This document shows positions 46,874-51,067 of a DNA stretch of 51,067 bases, piece after piece. Source of the DNA: Nemertoderma westbladi (lineage: Eukaryota; Animalia; Xenacoelomorpha); NCBI GenBank assembly GCA_032718475.1, contig JAUCBJ010004713.1, positions 1 to 51,067 on the forward strand, read 5' to 3'. The first letter of the stretch is position 1, and each line of letters opens with the position of its first letter. Below the pieces are notes generated by a model. That model saw nothing but the letters and a program-made list of their open reading frames with translations. It made no database searches and was not told the origin of the DNA. The position numbers and the translations under genes are program-made.

Positions 46874-48797
46874 CGAAGTGGGGCCTTCGCGCAGCACGTG
46901 AATTAAATTTAATTTAAGTACTAATTCGAAAGTATTACTGTATTAGCAAATTTTAAGCAGATTTCGCCTAATCACTTTTTACCTCTTTCATTTCTATTCA
47001 GACATTTCTGACTCTAGCGGTATAGTGAGAACTGAAGATGGATTAGGGTCTCCAGCCCCACAAAGACACAGCCTATGGATGAATAGTACATACGTACATC
47101 GGCCAAGTTTCATCTTGAATAACGGATAACGAAATGAGAGACGGATCTCACTTTCAGAAATTTCGTCGTATAGCGGCAGACCGATTAAATCTCCCCCCCC
47201 CCCCCCCCCCCCCACAAAGACGCAGCATGTGGTCCAGAATATATGGCAAGATTCAGCTTAAACTGATTAAAATCAATGAGACGGGAGAATCTATTTACTT
47301 TCAGGCATAAAGTAGTCCTATAGCGGGTGACTGTTGAACTGATTTTCAACAAAACAAATTTTCAACTTGGCAGCTTTAAATTCGACAAAGTTATAAGCAT
47401 GTCAATATCCTAACGACGACAACGATTTCACTTTCAGACATTTGGCCCTCTAGCGGCAGACTGGAGAACTGCAGATGGATTCGCCTCCTTTGAAAGTCAC
47501 AGCTAATGGTCTAATACATATCTGCCAAGTTTCAGCTTAAACGGATTAAAAGCAAAGAAATGGGAGGGCATTTAATGTTTAGACATGTGGCCCTCTAGCG
47601 GGAGACCATTGCACTGATGGTGTCTGAAAGTCTCTCAAAAATCTCAACTTTTGCTCATATTGATACCTACAAATTTTCAACTTGGCAGCTTTAAATCCGA
47701 CAAAGTTATTAGCATGTCAAAATCGTAACGACGACAACGATTTCACTTTCAGACCTTTGGCCCTCTAGCGGCAGACTGGAGAACTGCAGATGGATTCGCC
47801 TCCTTTGAAAGTCACAGCTAATGGTCTAATACATATCTGCCAAGTTTCAGCTTAAACGGATTAAAAGCAAAGAAATGGGAGGGCATTTAATGTTTAGACA
47901 TGTGGCCCTCTAGCGGGAGACCATTGCACTGATGGTGTCTGAAAGTCTCTCAAAAATCTCAACTTTTGCTCATATTGATACCTACAAATTTTCAACTTGG
48001 CAGCTTTAAATCCGACAAAGTTATAAGCATGTCAATATCATAACGACGACAACGATTTCACTTTCAGACATTTGGCCCTCTAGCGGCAGACTGGAGAACT
48101 GCAGATGGATTCGCCTCCTTTGAAAGTCACAGCTAATGGTCTAATACATATCTGCCAAGTTTCAGCTTAAACGGATTAAAAGCAAAGAAATGGGAGGGCA
48201 TTTAATGTTTAGACATGTGGCCCTCTAGCGGGAGACCATTGCACTGATGGTGTCTGAAAGTCTCTCAAAAATCTCAACTTTTGCTCATATTGATACCTAC
48301 AAATTTTCAACTTGGCAGCTTTAAATCCGACAAAGTTATTAGCATGTCAAAATCGTAACGACGACAACGATTTCACTTTCAGACCTTTGGCCCTCTAGCG
48401 GCAGACTGGAGAACTGCAGATGGATTCGCCTCCTTTGAAAGTCACAGCTAATGGTCTAATACATATCTGCCAAGTTTCAGCTTAAACGGATTAAAAGCAA
48501 AGAAATGGGAGGGCATTTAATGTTTAGACATGTGGCCCTCTAGCGGGAGACCATTGCACTGATGGTGTCTGAAAGTCTCTCAAAAATCTCAACTTTTGCT
48601 CATATTGATACCTACAAATTTTCAACTCGGCAGCTTTAAATCCGACAAAGTTATTAGCATGTCAAAATCGTAACGACGACGACAACGACGACGACGACGA
48701 CGACGACAACGACGACGACGACAACTATTTGCATAAATTGACCCACCCCCTAACAGTGTCAATTCGCTAAGGCTCCGCCAACTTCGTGGCTCGCCCC
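46874..48797 (-). mobile_element. Non-autonomous DINE/HINE-like element, copy 2
   Basis: Same head (48765-48797) and tail (CGTGCTGCGCGAAGGCCCCAC) in reverse orientation, (GTC)n microsatellite, internal 315-bp repeats, ACA (TGT on -) on both sides. Confidence 0.75.
47355..48682. repeat. 315-bp tandem repeat x~4.2 inside the element
   Basis: CAAATTTTCAACT recurs at 47355, 47670, 47985, 48300 and 48615. Confidence 0.95.
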
Positions 48798-48842
48798 ACA
48801 AACTATCAGGTACAGTAGTATTTCCAGGTCTATCTTTTACCT

Positions 48843-48916
48843 GAGCCGCTAGCTGAATGGTTAGAGCGTCAGACTTCCAACCCAGAGGTCACCAGTTCGA
48901 TCCCACCTGGACGTCA
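48843..48916 (+). mobile_element. tRNA-derived SINE head or tRNA pseudogene
   Basis: A-box TAGCTGAATGGTTAGAGCG and B-box-like AGTTCGATCCC at tRNA spacing; acceptor and anticodon stems do not pair properly. Confidence 0.65.
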
Positions 48917-50817
48917 TTGTCGACTTTGAAAAGGCTGTGCCCAACGAAAAATTATATTAAAATACCCCAATAAATGACAAATAATTTAACGGAAAGATAC
49001 AATTGTAAAAATAGGGACAAAATATTAGTCATAGATATTATAGGGAATCGCAGAGTCTGTTTGTTTGTCTGTCTGTTTATGTTATAAAGACGTCTGCGCT
49101 ACCGTATATCAATTGAAAAGCTACTAAACAAATGGAAGCATTGAATTCTCTTTCTATATAAATTATTAATATCCAATTTCTCTATTGTTTAGCGGTTAAC
49201 CTATGTGTTCCCACTCAATATTACTTTGAGATAATAGATTTCACTACGTCTCACAAATAAACCGGCTTTATTAAGAGATTAATATTCAGAAGCAATTAAA
49301 TGATGATGCGGTGGAAGTGTGGTGGTGATGGGCTCTCAGGTTGTGCGCAAGTGCAGTAAAACAAACTTCCTAACTCCGATTAATTCCGCTGAGAGCGAAG
49401 CTCAACGCACAAGTAGGTTAGTTAGCTTTGTCCGATATTGCTATTTCTTTATATGGGGGGGTTGTTATAGCTTACCCACCCAGAGAGCTAGCCGAGCTAC
49501 CTACAGTATATTGATTCAAGTCATAAAAAGCATCCTAAAGCCTCTCTCTGTGTGTGTGTAATTCTACCTGTGGATAAAATTTATTAATTTCTCTTGTGTT
49601 ATACTGTATATCAGTTCGTGAGGCTCTGTGCTGTGTGCTAAGGTTCGCTTCAGTGAAGGCTGAATGAATGATGTACGCCATCGATTATTGCGGTGCCTCG
49701 TGCCTTGTGCGGTGGTTCCAGATGTTGAATATCCGTTGCAATGAGAAGTTGGTGAACATTATAACATTGTATTATAACATATTTTATGTTTCATATTATT
49801 GATTGTAAGTTTCGCATTCGCGAATAAAACTACTTCGTTTTGTTCTAACGAAATATATCTTCTCCGTAAAGAGTGGCATTTACTTTTTGTTATGGCCTGA
49901 TATTCGAATATATAGAATAACGATCAACTTTATGAACATCGATACATTTTTTAGTTTATTTATGCTTTTTTGATAGAATGTCATGATAGTTGTAATTAAA
50001 ATTTTAAGCACCCACATCTGTAACCTTATGTCAGCACATTTGGTGTTGGTTCCTCCAGACCCATTAAATTGTGGTGCCAGGTAATTAGGTTCCTTTTCTG
50101 ATCGATGTTGGTGGTTCATGAATTATTTCTCTTGAGAAATTATCATCTATATTTTGGTGCAAAACTCCTTCCATTATAGGATTAAGGTACCGGTACCCTC
50201 AGCGGCAGTAGTGTCGCCTCAAGGGATTAATTTCTGTATGAAATCTGACATCTGCGTCACTGGCGAGGTTTTATAAACATTCTTGGTATACGGGCCGTGA
50301 TTCTTCATCATTTATACCTACAGTAACTGTCCCCTCCAGCTCCGTATTGTTGTTCGCAATCATGTAAATTAGTTTTCCAATTTATAAATCTTACAATTTC
50401 AGTCGAATTAATTTATTTTACTCGATACCTCGGTTTTCATTAGATTATATTGCAACATTTGTACTTCCAGTTTATATAGAAGTTAAACTAGAGAGCCAGC
50501 AAGCTGGCTATAAGAGGACCGTCAGACCATAAGAAGGACAGTTGACAGTTCGTCGAATTTTTTTTGACAAAATGTCATTGTACAGTTTGGTGAACTGTAC
50601 CGGTACCGCTGATATCAGACTTTTGCAAAAAAAATTTCACGCCAATAGCAATGTGCTTAAAAATACAGACAAACAAACAAACAGACGCTTTTTTGACAGC
50701 AATAAGCCCTAACGGTCTTCTAATAAAGTCCCTCTCTCTTGGTAGTTACCTTAATGCAGGGAAGATGCCAGTGACGCAACCACAGGGGGGCACACGTCCT
50801 TCTCATTTTTCAGGTAA

Positions 50818-50869
<52 letters not shown>
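50818..50869 (+). repeat. Poly-G tract (52 nt)
   Basis: Direct count; several other G/C runs of 12-22 nt occur in the window. Confidence 0.9.
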
Positions 50870-50872
<3 letters not shown>

Positions 50873-51067
50873 CATGTCATATGCCCCCGCCCCCGGCACT
50901 TTTTATATTCAATTAATTTAAAAGTCAAATAATCTTAATAAATTCTGATCGAGTACCAAACCCCGTAAGGATGGAGGTGAAACCATCTCAGTTTCAACTT
51001 TCATGAAAATATCATTAAGATTTGTAGAACTATCTTTTTTTTTTTTTTGTACTTTCGGGAAAATGAC

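Noticed and set aside
48843-48916. Functional tRNA gene
   Set aside because: Acceptor and anticodon stems do not pair; better explained as a SINE head or pseudogene.
49476-50365. Candidate start/signal-peptide exon
   Set aside because: 49476-49568 has stops in all three frames; MIANNNTELEGTVTV (~50318-50363) is not hydrophobic and has a weak donor. The true first exon is probably outside the window.

Overview
Eukaryotic (probably invertebrate metazoan), AT-rich, repeat-rich DNA; not prokaryotic. The window holds seven minus-strand GT-AG exons (46571-46770, 39076-39226, 31009-31170, 14464-14613, 7454-7607, 5973-6181, 4000-4188). They splice in frame (1215 nt) to encode the end of a signal peptide plus Ig1-Ig4 of a divergent Dscam-like cell-adhesion receptor. 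The start exon and Ig5 onward were not found and probably lie outside the window. No mutually exclusive variant exons were seen. The most striking feature is that at four of the seven exons the exon 3' end plus the 5' splice site has itself been tandemly amplified into the downstream intron: 50 bp x5, 46 bp x~37, 59 bp x~8 grading into 32 bp x~84, and a 44-bp incipient duplication. This gives about 130 extra splice-donor motifs, and no unit length is a multiple of 3. The introns also carry a ~13.9-kb, 34/35-bp quasi-palindromic satellite, other minisatellites, a nested RTE + CR1/L2 + TGT-bounded element cluster, a Mutator-like MITE, a self-nesting MITE family, an L1/Tx1 remnant and a tRNA-derived SINE head. 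All calls are by eye; no database search was run and copy numbers are approximate.
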